DNA of 64,000 nt from Macrostomum lignano (GCA_002269645.1 NIVC01000110.1:558001-622000); one strand, 5' to 3'; positions 1 to 16,728 are shown, numbered from the stretch's first letter. Translations and numbers: made by a program. The notes: a model not told the origin generated them from the letters alone.

Positions 1-3000
1 CATCTGCTTGCCTCTGGCCGAGGTGGGCGGTGAGGAATGCCGGAAGTTGGCCAAAGCCGCTCCGTCTGTGTACCAGACTGAGAAGGGCTCGTGCGCTGAG
101 GTTCCAAATAGTGTTGACAATGTGGACAGCACCGTAAGTTGCTAATGCCGTTCGTTGTTTTTCATTATCAAATTATCCATTCCCCAGGGTCTGTGGTGCT
201 TTAACTTTCGGTGCAGAGAGTTCTGCAGTTCTGAGAGTTCAAAAGTACTTTTTTGAATTTTATCGTTTGAGCAGGCGCGTCGCCACGGGGGGGCAGGGGG
301 GACAATGCTTTGTCCCTCCACCCCACCTTGTGACCCGTTGTGGCAATCAATCATGTTTCTTCAGGGCGTCAAAACATAGCCATTTCGGCGCCAAAATGAG
401 TGCCTGCGGCGCCAAAATGAGTGCCTGCGGCGCCAAAATGAGTGCCTGCGGTGCCAAAATGAGTGCCTGCGGCGCCAAAATGAGTGCCTGGGGCGCTAAA
501 ATGAGTGCCTGCGGCGCTAAAATGAGTGCCTGCGGCGCCAAAATGAGTGCCTGCGGCGCCAAAATGAGTGCCTGCGGCGCCAAAATCAGTATCTGCGGCG
601 CCAAAATGAGCGCTGACAACATGATTCTCAAAATAATAGAAATGTAGGAATTTAGTAATTTAAATGTACATGTTGAATTCTTGCTTTGTCCTCCCCCCCC
701 CCCACCATAAAATCCATGGCGACGCCCCCGAGTTTATTCGTACCGTAGTAGTTTTAAAAGTCTTATTTTTATGATTTGACCTGTTTGATAGTTTTTTTAT
801 TTCATATAATCTAGAATCTTATCAAGAATTTATTTTATCTTATCCACAGTCAAGATATTTGATGCTTATTAGTTTTGTAGATTTTTGTACTTTATTCGAT
901 TAATGTACTTTAGTCGATTTATTTACTTTTGTCGATTGATGTACTTTGGTAGACCTTTTGTACTTTCATCTATTTATGTACTTTGTCGATTTTTGTACTT
1001 AAGTCAATTTTCGTACTTTTGTCTACTTATGTACTTTTGTCGATTTATGTACTTTAATCGATTTATGCACTTTTTTATTTTTCTTCTATCGATTTTTGTA
1101 CTTTATTTGTTATGTTTTTCGACTTCGCTAATTATCCTCGCTAATTATATCTTCCATCACTCGATAACTCCAGCTGAAATCCTGCAACAGCACTTCGGTC
1201 CGAGCTCAGCTATTAACAAAGTTTGCCGACACCCAGATATTCGACAGTCTCGATGCTGTGACAGGTTTCGCTCGAGTCCTTTCTGAGCAGCTGCCAGTCG
1301 GGCTGAATCCTTCTCAGCCCGTGTCGGCGGCTGAGCAGCGCGACACCGTCAGCGACCTGCTGTCGTCCGTGTCCGCCTTCGCGTCAAAAGGCCTCTGGAT
1401 CTCTGGGGCCGCCGAGTCAACTACCACCAATCCTTCGGCTGGCGGCGGAAGCCGCTCGAGCGAGGAGGCTCAGCGTGGCTTGACGACCGCGGCAGACACC
1501 GTGCTGAGAGCTATCGACAGTCTGGGACTGGGGCTGCAGGCTGCTGCTGCGCCTGCTGAGGCCGTGTATAACTCTAGCGGCATTGGTGAGTGCCAGAATG
1601 TCAGATCCTCAGTTGCTGGGCCACAGCCTCCCAGATCCTCAGTTGCTGAGCCAGCCTCCCAGATCCTCAGTTTCTGGGCCAGCCTCCCAGATCCTCAGTT
1701 TCTGGGCCAGCCTCCCAGATTCATAGGTTTGGTTGGTTGCTATTTTGTCGCTATGCCTTTACTATATTGTGTGTAATTTTGATATTGGAGCACTGAAAAT
1801 GGTTTGTGCTGACTGACTAGTTGGTATTCTGTTTCTAAGCTGTAACTGTTGCCACGCCGTTGCTATGCTGTTTCAATGCTGTTGCTATGCTGTTTCAATG
1901 CTGTTGCTATGCTGTTTCCATGCTGTTGCTATGCTGTTTCCATGCTGTTGCTATGCTGTTTCCATGCCGTTGCTGTGCTGTTTCCATGCTGTTGCTATGT
2001 TGTTTCCATGCTGTTGCTATGCTGTTTCCATGCTGTTGCTATGTTGTTGCTATGATGTTGCTATGCTGTTTCCATGCTGTTACTATGTTGTTGCATTTCA
2101 CCCTCAATGAAAATGGGCCATCCGCACTGCCGCCCCTGCACCGCCAGGCCTCTCTGTCCTGCGCCTGTCGAGCTCGGCCGGTTTCACCGCCCCTGGACCT
2201 GGCGTGTCCGTGAAGGTGCGCTACTCCGGTTCGCTGGCCTCAGTTGCAATGGTAACTAGCTCGGTAGATCTGCCCCACCTGATTCGCTGGCTAAGACCGG
2301 CCGCATCGGATCAGCAGGTGGTGTCCCAGATTGTCCAAGCCAGCCTGTTCTCGGCCGGAGGCAAACTGCAGTCTGGCGGCTCGGCGCTCTTCCTGGTGCC
2401 GCATGCCGCCAGTCAGCGACAGATGCGCCGAGTGCGCCGGTCCTGCGTGTTCGTCGACTCGAACGGCCGCCTGTCCGACACCGGCTGCTCGGTGGTGGCC
2501 GAACTCAGCGACCAGTCTCGGACAGCCTGCCTGTGCAGTCACCTGACCAGCTTCGCCGTGGTGGCCAGTCCCGGCAGCTCCTGGCAGACCGTGGAGTCTC
2601 GCCAGTTGATGTCGCGTCACGCCCAGCCTCTCAGACTGCTCACCTACATCTGCCTGAGCCTGTCAATTGTCTGCCTGATTGTCACCTGCCTGGCCTATCT
2701 GCCATTGCGGTTGAAGTCGCCAAACGCGGAGAGCACCATTGTGACTCTGCACCGGGTTCACCGGGCTCTGTGCGCCACCTTAATAGTGGCGCAGCTGCTG
2801 TTTCTTGTTGGCTATGAGAGGGTTGAGTTCGGCTTCCTGCCTTGTCAGATACTGTCGGGCCTGACTGTCTACAGCTTCTTGTCCGTGTTTGTCTGGCTTC
2901 TGTGCGAAGGTTTCATGTACGCTCAGAGCCTGCTGGTGGTGCTGCCGGGCGCCAACTCTGCTCTGGCCAAGGTGAGAGTTTGACGGCTGGAGTGACCGCG

Positions 3001-6000
3001 TCTTAAGTGACCCATTTGGTGGAGTGACTTATTTATAGAGTGACCTATCCATAGAGTGACCTATCCATAGAGTGACCTATCCATAGAGTGGCCTATCCAT
3101 AGAGTGGCCTATCCATAGAGTGACCTATCCATAGTGACCTATCCATAGAGTGACCTATCCATAGTGACCTATCCATAGTGACCTATCCATAAAGTGACCT
3201 ATCCATAGAGTGACCTATCCATAGAGTGACCTATCCATAGAGTGGCCTATCCATAGAGTGACCTATCCATAGAGTGACCTATCCATAGAGTGACCTATCC
3301 ATAGTGACCTATCCATAAAGTGACCTATCCATAGAGTGACCCATCCATAGAGTGACCTATCCATAGAGTGACCTATCCATGGAGTGACCTATCCATAGAG
3401 TGGCCTATCCATAGAGTGGCCTATTCATAGAGTGACCTATCCATAGTGACCTATCCATAGAGTGACCTATCCATAGTGAGCTATCCATAGAGTGACCTAT
3501 CCATAGAGTGACCTATCCATAGAGTGGCCTATCCATAGAGTGGCCTATCCATAGAGTGACCTATCCATAGAGTGACCTATCCATAGAGTGGCCTATCCAT
3601 AGAGTGGCCTATCCATAGATCGTGGCCTATCCATAGAGTGACCTATCCATAGAGTGGCCTATCCATAGAGTGGCCTATCCATAGAGTGACCTATCCATAG
3701 AGTGACCTATCCATAGAGTGACCTATCCATAGAGTGATCTATCCATAGAGTGGCCTATCCATAGAGTGGCCTATCCATAGAGTGACCTATCCATAGAGTG
3801 GCCTATCCATAGAGTGGCCTATCCATAGAGTGACCTATCCATAGAGTGACCTATCCATAGAGTGGCCTATCCATAGAGTGACCTATCCATAGAGTGACCT
3901 ATCCATAGAGTGACCTATCCATAGAGTGACCTATCCATAGTGACCTATCCATAGAGTGGCCTATCCATAGAGTGGCCTATCCATAGAGTGGCCTATCCAT
4001 AGAGTGACCTATCCATAGAGTGACCTATCCATAGAGTGACCTATCCATAGAGTGGCCTATCCATAGAGTGGCCTATCCATAGAGTGACCTATCCATAGAG
4101 TGGCCTATCCATAGAGTGACCTATCCATAGAGTGACCTATCCATAGAGTGACCTATCCATATAGTGACCTATCCATAGAGTGACCTATCCATAGAGTGGC
4201 CTATCCATAGAGTGACCTATCCATAGTGACCTATCCATAGAGTGACCTATCCATAGAGTGACCTATTCATAGAGTAACCTATCCATAGAGTGACCTATCC
4301 TTAGAGTGGCCTATCCATAGAGTGACCTATCCATAGAGTGGCCTATCCATAGAGTGACCTATCCATAGAGTGGCCTATCCATAGAGTGACCTATCCATAG
4401 AGTGACCTATCCATAGAGTGGCCTATCCATAGAGTGACCTATCCATAGAGTGACCTATCCATAGAGTGACCTATCCTTAGAGTGGCCTATCCATAGAGTG
4501 ACCTATCCATAGAGTGGCCTATCCATAGAGTGACCTATCCATAGAGTGGCCTATCCATAGAGTGGCCTATCCATAGAGTGACCTATCCATAGAGTGGCCT
4601 ATCCATAGAGTGACCTATCCATAGAGTGGCCTATCCATAGAGTGACCTATCCATAGAGTGACCTATCCATAGAGTGGCCTATCCATAGAGTGACCTATCC
4701 ATAGAGTGACCTATTCATAAAGGGACCTATCACGAGTGACAAACAGTGTGCTGCATTTAAAGTCACCCAGACCACACAAGCCCAGTTTACCCCGTCTCGC
4801 ACCCTCAGCTGAAGTTCTGGCACTTCTGCCTGCTCAGCTACCTGGCACCGGCCATCATTGTTGCCATAGCAGCCGCAGTCCGTCGGGACCAGCTCATCCA
4901 GACTGAGGCGGACCTGTCCGCAGACTCGGACACACTGGTGCGACCTTCGACTTGTTGGCTATCGGAGACCTACGGCACGAGATGGGCCTTCCTGGGGCCT
5001 ATGCTGGCCGTGTGCGCCATCAATCTCGTGCTGTTTATTGTCATCCTAGTCAGGATTAGCCGCAGGGATTTGGCCTATGCTGCATCTTCGCACGAGCAGG
5101 TTGACAGTGCTAGGAGGCTGATCAAGAGGCAGCTGCGAGTGTCTTTATCGCTTGGCTCCCTGCTGGGCCTGAGCTGGCTGCTGAGTTTGGTGTTCCTGTT
5201 TGCTCAGATGGAACTGCTTGTTGCTGTCAATTACCTGTTCGTGATTCTCAACGGCTTGCAGGGCTGCTTTCTGTTTGTTACTCAGGTGAGATGATTGCTG
5301 TCTGTTATGGGCTTTGTTTACAGGATGTTAGAGACCGATATTACCTGTTAGATACTGGTTTCACCTGTTAGATACTAGTTTCACCTGTTAGATACCGGTT
5401 TCACCTGTTGGATACTAGTTTCACCTGTTAGATACTGGTTTCACCTGTTAGATACTGGTTTCACCCGTTAGATACTGGTTTCACCTGTTAGATACTGGTT
5501 TCACCTGTTAGATACTGGTTTCACCTGTTAGATACTAGTTTCACCTGTTAGATAATGGTTTCACCTGTTAGATACTAGTTTTACCTGTTAGATACTGGTT
5601 TCACCTGTTAGATACTAGTTTTACCTGTTAAATTCTAGTTTCACCTGTTAGATACCGGTTTCACCTGTTTGACACCCTTGGCTTCACCCGGCATCCCACA
5701 GGTGCTGGCGCACCCGCGCATGCACGAAGCCTGGGAGCGCTGGCTGCTGCAGAGCAGCTGCACCCCAGCCCGGTTGCGCGGCTGGCTGGAGTCGCGCAGG
5801 GCGGCTCGGCTCACCGGAGGCGGCGGCTTCGCCAATGGCGGGTTCAACGGCACCGGCTCTCAGCAGCAGCAACAACAGCAGCAACAACAACAACAGCAAA
5901 AGCAAAGTCTGGAACAGCAGACTAAAAGCAGTTCAAGCAGCGAGAAGTCTCCAACTTGGTGCTGCTGCTTCTGGTGCGGCAGGACCGGGATGTCCGGTTT

Positions 6001-6211
6001 CGGCAGCTCGACTGGCGCTCGGACAGAGTCGTCCACTGGCGGAGAGTCGGACAAGCCGCAGGGACTCGGCCAGGTGCTGCCTAAGCTGGTTGGCCCGGTG
6101 GGGCCCAACATGCCGATCGGCCTGGGTCAGGAGCCGATGGCGGAGGCCAAGAGTGTGCTGTTCTATGACAGCAGCTCCTGCCAGCGCTGCGGCAAGGTGT
6201 CGCATTTCTGA
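1..6211 (+). CDS. Adhesion-class GPCR (GAIN/GPS + secretin-like 7TM), 5'-partial; exons <1-133, 1174-1585, 2148-2971, 4809-5285, 5702-6211
   Basis: GPS motif CVF..SDTGC..CLCSHLTSFAVV. Seven hydrophobic segments, including FVWLLCEG (TM3), CWLS (ECL2), FLGP (TM5) and LNGLQGCFLF (TM7). All four introns are GT-AG with matching phases (0,1,0,0), and the joined frame is open to TGA at 6209-6211. Confidence 0.92.
272..730. mobile_element. Putative MITE with 17-bp imperfect TIRs enclosing a 21-bp minisatellite (GPCR intron 1)
   Basis: CAGGCGCGTCGCCACGG (272-288) matches the reverse complement of CCATGGCGACGCCCCCG (714-730) at 14/17 positions. Each end has an adjacent G/C run. No convincing TSD beyond AG. 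Confidence 0.5.
385..612. repeat. 21-bp minisatellite GGCGCCAAAATGAGTGCCTGC, ~11 copies
   Basis: Direct tandem units, producing the GAKMSAC repeat ORF. Confidence 0.95.
1603..1720. repeat. Short ~27-bp tandem repeat (CCTCCCAGATCCTCAGTT..GCCAG) just after the exon 2 donor
   Basis: About 4 imperfect copies are visible. Confidence 0.75.
1845..2095. repeat. 22-bp minisatellite TGTTGCTATGCTGTTTCCATGC
   Basis: About 11 tandem units in GPCR intron 2. Confidence 0.9.
3035..4730. repeat. 16-bp minisatellite AGAGTGACCTATCCAT, ~105 copies, filling GPCR intron 3
   Basis: Tandem units with GAC/GGC variants and occasional 2-bp deletions. Confidence 0.97.
5340..5670. repeat. 20-bp minisatellite CACCTGTTAGATACTGGTTT, ~16 copies (GPCR intron 4)
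   Basis: Direct tandem units. Confidence 0.95.
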
Positions 6212-6244
6212 CTGGCGCCTGGGGGACCAGCTTGAGACAGGCTG

Positions 6245-6470
6245 TGTTTACCTGTTAGACAGAGGGTCAGCTGTGTGTTAGACAGCAGTGTCACCTGTGT
6301 GTTAGACAGCAGTGTCACCTGTGTGTTAGACTGGAGTGTCACCTGTGTGTTAGACAGCAGTGTCACCTGTGTGTTAGACAGCAGTGTCACCTGTGTGTTA
6401 GACAGCAGTGTCACCTGTGTGTTAGACAGCAGTGTCACCTGTGTGTTAGACAGCAGTGTCACCTGTGTTA
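6245..6470. repeat. 24-bp minisatellite GTCACCTGTGTGTTAGACAGCAGT, ~9 copies, just 3' of the GPCR stop
   Basis: Direct tandem units. Confidence 0.93.
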
Positions 6471-6904
6471 CACTCATTACAGCACTCAATAATGTGCCTT
6501 CTGAGTTTTTGTGTGATAACTCTTGATAACTTTGTTTATATATTTGGTTTCTTTCTAATTCACTGTTTTTACAATCGATTTTCCAGGAAACGAAATTTTT
6601 GTGAATTATTTATTTATTTATTCTTCTGTTACATAATTAATGCAGCTGTGATTAGGGCTCGGTATGGATATTTCTGTGATGGACCTTACAGACATTTTGC
6701 TTCCCAATAATTTTGCTCTGGTGCTTCTATTTGAGTGCTTCGTGACAGAATTGTTGATTTTATTTTTGACGACATTTTTGCGTCATGTTGACAAACGGAA
6801 TCTTCCAATTTTTATTCATATTTCCGGAACTTTTCTTTGAAGTTTCTGTGCTATTACAATATATACGCTCGTAAGTAAACCGCATTTTAATCTCTGCTCT
6901 GCTT

Positions 6905-7490
6905 TCTACCTCTTCTCTCTTCCTCCCCTCTCTCCTCCCAACTCTCCTCCCCTCTCTCCTCTCTCCCACTCTCTTCTCTCCCTCTCTCTCTCCCTCTCCT
7001 CTCTCCCTCTCCCTCTCCCTCTCCCTCTCCCTCTCTCCCTCTCTCTCTCCCTCTCTCCCTCTTCTCTCTCCCTCTCTCTCTCCCTCTCTCTCTCTTTCCC
7101 TCTCCCTCTTTCCTCTCCCTCTCTCCCTGTCCCTCTCACTCTCCTTCTCCCTCTTCTCTCTCCCTCTCCCTCTCCCCCTCTCTCTCTCCCTCTCTCTCTC
7201 TTTCCCTCTCCCTCTTTCCTCTCTCCCTCTCCCTCTTTCCTCTCCCTCTTTCCCTCTCTCTTCTCTCTCCCTGTCCCTCTCACTCTCCTCTCCCTCTTCT
7301 CTCTCCCTCTCTCCTCTCCCTCTCCTTCTCCCTCTCTCCTCTCCCTCTCCTTCTCCCTCTCTCCTCTCCCTCTCCTTCTCCCTCTCTCCTCTCTCTTCCT
7401 CCCTCTCTCCTCTCCCTCTCCTTCTCCCTCTCTCCTCTCTCCCTCCCTCTCTCCTCTCCCTTCAGTCTCTCAATCTCACCCATATTCTCT
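6905..7490. repeat. CT-rich low-complexity polypyrimidine tract
   Basis: Almost exclusively C/T on the + strand. Confidence 0.9.
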
Positions 7491-8029
7491 TTTTTTCTCC
7501 ACCTAACTGCATTAAGAGTCCAACCGTGTCATGTATTTCACAGTTGGATATTGCGTGTGCTTATATCACTGTGTGGCATAATTGTATTTGAAAAAATCTC
7601 TGTTAAAGAGCCTTCGACACACTATTTAAAAATTGACAAATTGTTAACGAATTCGAGTGTCAAGTGTTAAAACTTCCAGTAGATTTTATTACCTCAATTA
7701 CCATGACTGATTTATCAATCAAGATTGCTTTGCATCACCTATATGTACAGGTTACTCGTATTTTTAAGTATACTTTTATTGTGGTTATTAACAGAATGCG
7801 TTGAAATCTCTAACTTTAATCACTACTCTGTATGCATCGAAGTAAATAAACAGTATAATAACGTTTTAATGGCTCTTTGTTGCATTCCTGATTAAAAAAT
7901 TAAATTTTTAAACATTATAAATTATTATACAAAATGCAGAATTTCTGTTTTTTTCAGTTTTTTAGGATGGATTAAAATATATGAAATAAAGATTATTCAC
8001 GGAGAATTCTCATATCTGCCTCTTTTTAT

Positions 8030-9088
8030 CACTGTCTTTGTCATGACTGTCTCTGCCATGACTGTCTCTGCCATGACTGTCTCTGTCGTGACTGTCTCTG
8101 TCATGACTGTCTCTGCCATGACTGTCTCTGTCGTGACTGTCTCTGTCATGACTGTCTCTGCCATGACTGTCTCTGTCATGACTGTCTCTGTCATGACTGT
8201 CTTTGCCATGACTGTCTCTGTTATGACTGTCTCTGCCATGACTGTCTCTGTCGTGACTGTCTCTGTCATGACTGTCTCTGCCATGACTGTCTCTGTCGTG
8301 ACTGTCTCTGTCATGACTGTCTCTGCCATGACTGTCTTTGTCATGACTGTCTCTGCCATGACTGTCTCTGTCGTGACTGTCTCTATCATGACTGTCTCTG
8401 CCATGACTGTCTCTGTCGTGACTGTCTCTGTCATGACTCTCTGCCATGACTGTCTTTGTCATGACTGTCTCTGCCATGACTGTCTCTGTCGTGACTGTCT
8501 CTGTCATGACTGTCTCTGCCATGACTGTCTCTGTCGTGACTGTCTCTGTCATGACTGTCTCTGCCATGACTGTCTCTGTCATGACTGTCTCTGTCATGAC
8601 TGTCTTTGCCATGACTGTCTCTGTTATGACTGTCTCTGCCATGACTGTCTCTGTCGTGACTGTCTCTGTCATGACTGTCTCTGCCATGACTGCCTCTGTC
8701 GTGACTGTCTCTGTCATGACTGTCTCTGCCATGACTGTCTCTGTCATGACTGTCTCTGCCATGACTGTCTCTGTTATGACTGTCTCTGCCATGACTGTCT
8801 CTGTCATGACTGTCTTTGCCATGACTGTCTCTGTTATGACTGTCTCTGCCATGACTGTCTCTGTCATGACTGTCTCTGTCATGACTGTCTTTGCCATGAC
8901 TGTCTCTGTTATGACTGTCTCTGCCATGACTGTCTCTGTCGTGACTGTCTCTGTCATGACTGTCTCTGTCATGACTGTCTCTGTCATGACTGTCTCTGTC
9001 ATGACTGTCTTTGCCATGACTGTCTCTGTTATGACTGTCTCTGTTATGACTGTCTCTGTCATGACTGTCTCTGCCATGACTGTCTCTG
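8030..9088. repeat. 15-bp minisatellite ATGACTGTCTCTG(T/C)C, ~70 copies
   Basis: Tandem units with one 2-bp register shift near 8438. Confidence 0.96.
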
Positions 9089-9195
9089 TTCACCTCATCT
9101 CAGACTGCTCAACCTCATCTCAGACTGCTCACCTCATCTCAGACTGCTCACCTCATCTCAGACTGCTCACCTCATCTCAGACTGCTCACCTCTCA
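9088..9195. repeat. 19-bp repeat CACCTCATCTCAGACTGCT (~5 copies), same family as 12225-12715
   Basis: Identical units at both sites. Confidence 0.9.
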
Positions 9196-9200
9196 GCTCA

Positions 9201-9326
9201 GCTCAACTCCAAGTGCAGTCGCATTAATTTGAAGCTAAATTGGAATCTCGGCTTGGCTCTGCTCATGCAATTAACGGCCTTGAGGGCCAACCCCCAAGTC
9301 ACAGTGAAGTGTACATGCCTAACGAT
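9201..9326. repeat. ~125-bp dispersed segment, inverted copy of 16729-16850
   Basis: The reverse complement aligns over the whole length, e.g. GAGCAGAGCCAAGCCGAGATTCCAATTTAGC and GGGGTTGGCCCTCAAG. Confidence 0.9.
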
Positions 9327-9828
9327 AAATAAAGTAGGGGCCGCTGTGCACTCCTGTGAGTGTGTGCCTGTGCGTATGACTGCGTACGTATCCGCGCGCT
9401 TGTGTGCCTGCTCAGGGGAGTCGGCGGAATGGGCCGCAATGCCTCTCGCCGGTTGTGCGACAATGTCGCTTGAAGTGCGCCCAGCCCCCTGCCTCTGGCC
9501 CCTTAATCGTATTAGCCTAAATCTGAGACAGTCAATTGTTATCTACTTCGAAGTAACTAATGTAGCGAAATGCTACCGAAAATCTTTGCAAGATCCGTTT
9601 TGGGGGTTTCGAAAAACACAGCTGCTTTTTGAGTTGCGAAACAATTTCTGGCGAAAGATATACTTGCTTGATTTTGAAATCGGAAGTGCACAATGTGAGG
9701 TTGGTGCTGAAAATGGAAACTTGAAACTTTTGAAACTTTGAATTAAGAATTATAACAAAATTAACAAAAACCGCGAAAGTAAACTTAACGGCTTTTAAAT
9801 AGGATTTTTTAATCGATCAAAATAAAAT

Positions 9829-10526
9829 CAAGGACGACTTAAGTAGAAGGACGGGAAACCTCGTTTCTTAGAAAATTTTTGAAGGCACTTTTTCCCGAAA
9901 AAATACACTACGGAGATAGGAAATTTTCATTTTTTCAGCACAAAAATTGCTATTACTTTTGATAGGAGGCAGATCCAGTGCTCATATTTTGATATGTTGT
10001 GCCTTTTTTATTTCTCTATCGATATTTATAAAGCTTTTCGTTCAGGAAATTAGGATTCTATGTCAATTTTTTATTCTCCGTATATTTTCACGTGTCTTGT
10101 GATTGGAATACATTAGAATGCCACGGCTCGGCTCTTTGGTTTTGGAAGTCTATTTTATCATTCTTAACTGACTGTTTAGCAAATATTCGTAACAGAGATG
10201 ATAAAATAGATTCATAAAAGCAAATATTGGAGCTGTGTCATGCATTTTTGTGATTTTTAAATACAGGAAATGTACGTAGAATAAAAAATTTACATAGAAT
10301 CCTAATTTCCTGAACGAAAAGCTTTATAAATATCGATAGAGAAATAAAAAAGGCACAACATATCAAAAGATGAGCACTGGATCTGCCTCCTATCAAAAGT
10401 AATAGCAATTTTTGTGCTAAAAAAATGAAAATTTCCTATCTCCGTAGTGTATTTTTTCGGGAAAAAGTGCCTTCAAAAATTTTCTAAGAAACGAGGTTTC
10501 CCGTCCTTCTACTTAAGTTGTCCTTG
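9829..10526. mobile_element. Non-autonomous DNA transposon (foldback/hAT-like): 698 bp, ~249-bp TIRs, 8-bp TSD AATAAAAT
   Basis: 9829-10077 is a near-perfect reverse complement of 10278-10526. Termini are CAAGG...CCTTG. AATAAAAT lies at 9821-9828 and 10527-10534. Confidence 0.92.
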
Positions 10527-11299
10527 AATAAAATTTAGAAATCTGATAAGAACAGAATATGTATTTTAATAAATATCTTTATATGAAAACTTTGAAGACA
10601 GAAAATCTATAAGCTATTATCTAGGAAAGATGAGGCATAAAAGATTTACGTTTTGATTAATCAAGTGGCACACACAGTACAAAAAAAAGTAAACTTTTCA
10701 GGATATCTCGGGTCTAAGACAGAAATTGTCTGCTATTTGTTATAATGCATCGATTTAAGCTTTAAAAATGGGTGGCAAATAAAGTACAGATTGTCACTAT
10801 TTTAGCATGTGTGACGTCATCACTCAGATTGCAGTATACATACATATTCAGCTTATAAAGTCAAGAATTAAAACTAAATTTTAGTCGTAAAAAATTATAA
10901 AGCGTTAAACATTTTTATTACCTATTTTTTAAATGTTTTAATCACTGGGCTAAAGTAGATAAATTGCAAAACAGGAAAAATGAATTTTTAAACAAAAGTT
11001 TACTATCTGCAGAAGAATGATAGTTTTGATTTACAATAGAAAGAAAGTAATAAAGACATCACTGCAATTATTGATGCTAAACAATAAACAGAAATATTAA
11101 ACTTTATCAAACAAAACAGTTTTATCAATTTCAGGGACTTCCACTTCGCTACATTATATTCTCAGATTACCAGATACTAAATTCTGTGAATACTAAATAT
11201 TTACTATCTTAGGGATTCCTTTGATAAGGATGTAGTTACGAGTATTTCTGACATTTATCATCTACATTTAAATCCAGAGGCATGCCCATCTATATATAG

Positions 11300-11620
11300 A
11301 TTTCATGGGGATTCCTATCTATATTTAGATCTTAGGGGATTCCTCTCTATATTTAGATCTAAGGAACTCACATCTATATTTAGATTTTTTGGGGATTCCC
11401 ATCTATATTTAGGTCTTTTGGGGGATTCCCATCTATATTTAAGTCCTTGGGGGATTCCTATCTATATTTATATCATAGGGGAACCCGCATCTTTATTTGG
11501 AATTTTTGGAGATTCCCATCGATATTCAGGTTCTTGGAGGATTCCTATCTATATTTAGATCCCAGGGATCCCATCTATACATGTACATTTATAGACCATG
11601 GGAATTCCTATCCAAATATT
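11300..11620. repeat. Degenerate ~30-bp repeat (GGGGATTCCTATCTATATTTAGAT..)
   Basis: The motif recurs about 9 times with divergence. Confidence 0.65.
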
Positions 11621-11879
11621 CCTAGAAACCATCACGGCTTTTCTTTGCTCAGATGCTATTTTCTCTCAGAGATTCCAACAACCACATAAAATGTCTTTAT
11701 GAGGAAATGTTAACAACAAAGAATATCTTTATATTGTGTAAAAAAAAACTCTAACAGTTAACATGAAGAATCTTCTCTCTGACTAAAAATCATCTGTACC
11801 GTCGCTCACGCCTCTAAACATCTTAAAACACCTCATCTCTACCAGACGTCAAACTTCATCCAACTGAAACTCTCGCAGC

Positions 11880-15928
<4,049 letters not shown>

Positions 15929-16012
15929 GTTGCCGAGCGACAGCTGGGGGCGCTGGCTGGATCGCAGCAGCCTAAAATAGGCTCTCAGTTTGGCCAAGAT
16001 TTCCAGCTGCCG

Positions 16013-16082
16013 CTGATTGGCAGAGACGAGAAGACGGGGGCGCCGATGTCTGTGTAGGGTTTTCTGCCGTCTCCATGGCAAC
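16013..16082 (-). promoter_or_regulatory. Candidate RFX X-box (GTCTCCATGGCAAC, 16069-16082) plus CCAAT box (16015-16020), 90-150 bp upstream of the CAP-EGF ATG
   Basis: 14-bp match to the X-box consensus GTYNCYATRGYAAC. GATTGG on + reads CCAATC on -. Confidence 0.5.
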
Positions 16083-16242
16083 CTGCAATTATACAGCGGC
16101 GGCATGATTTTATTGCTCTCTAAAAGTCCCTAGCCGACAAAGTCTGGGCAAGGAATACACAGACCCAGGACTTGGAGCAGCAACTCTTTTCCAATGCCCA
16201 ACCCTTCAAATTTCCCCGGACACTTTAGTCTATTTACACATT

Positions 16243-16725
16243 GGAATGGCGCCTCTCACCTGTAAAACACATGGGAATGGCGCCTCTCACCTGTTAGAAA
16301 ACGTGGGAATGGCGCCTCTCACCTGTAAAACACATTGGAATGGCGCCTCTCACCTGTTAGAAAACGTGGGAATGGCGCCTCTCACCTTTAAAACACATGG
16401 GAATGGCGCCTATCACCTGTAAAACACATTGGAATGGCGCCTCTCACCTGTTAGAAAACGTGGGAATGGCGCCTCTCACCTGTAAAACACATAGGAATGG
16501 CGCCTCTCACCTGTTAGAAAACGTGGGAATGGCGCCTCTCACCTATAAAACACATGGGAATGGCGCCTCTCACCTGTTATAAAACGTGGGAATGGCGCCT
16601 CTCACCTGTAAAACACATGGGAATGGCGCCTCTCACCTGTTATAAAACGTGGGAATGGCGCCTCTCACCTGTTAGAAAACGTAGGAATGGCGCCTCTCAC
16701 CTGTAAAACACATTGGAATGGCGCT
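16243..16725. repeat. 32-33-bp minisatellite GGAATGGCGCCTCTCACCTGT(TAG)AAAAC.., ~15 copies
   Basis: Two alternating unit types; same family as 18505-19355. Confidence 0.95.
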
Positions 16726-16728
16726 TCC

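Noticed and set aside
3035-4730. TGACCT nuclear-receptor half-sites in most of the 16-bp units
   Set aside because: A single hexamer in one array is expected by chance, and it is not shared by other arrays.
8010-9741. Long ORFs (355-431 aa) such as MTVSV/HDCLC repeats
   Set aside because: These are translations of the 15-bp array, open in several frames on both strands, with no unique coding signal.
15929-16105. In-frame upstream ATG (16105) extending CAP-EGF by 59 aa
   Set aside because: It would bury the signal peptide and overlap the X-box/CCAAT motifs. ATG 15928 is preferred, but this needs TSS data.
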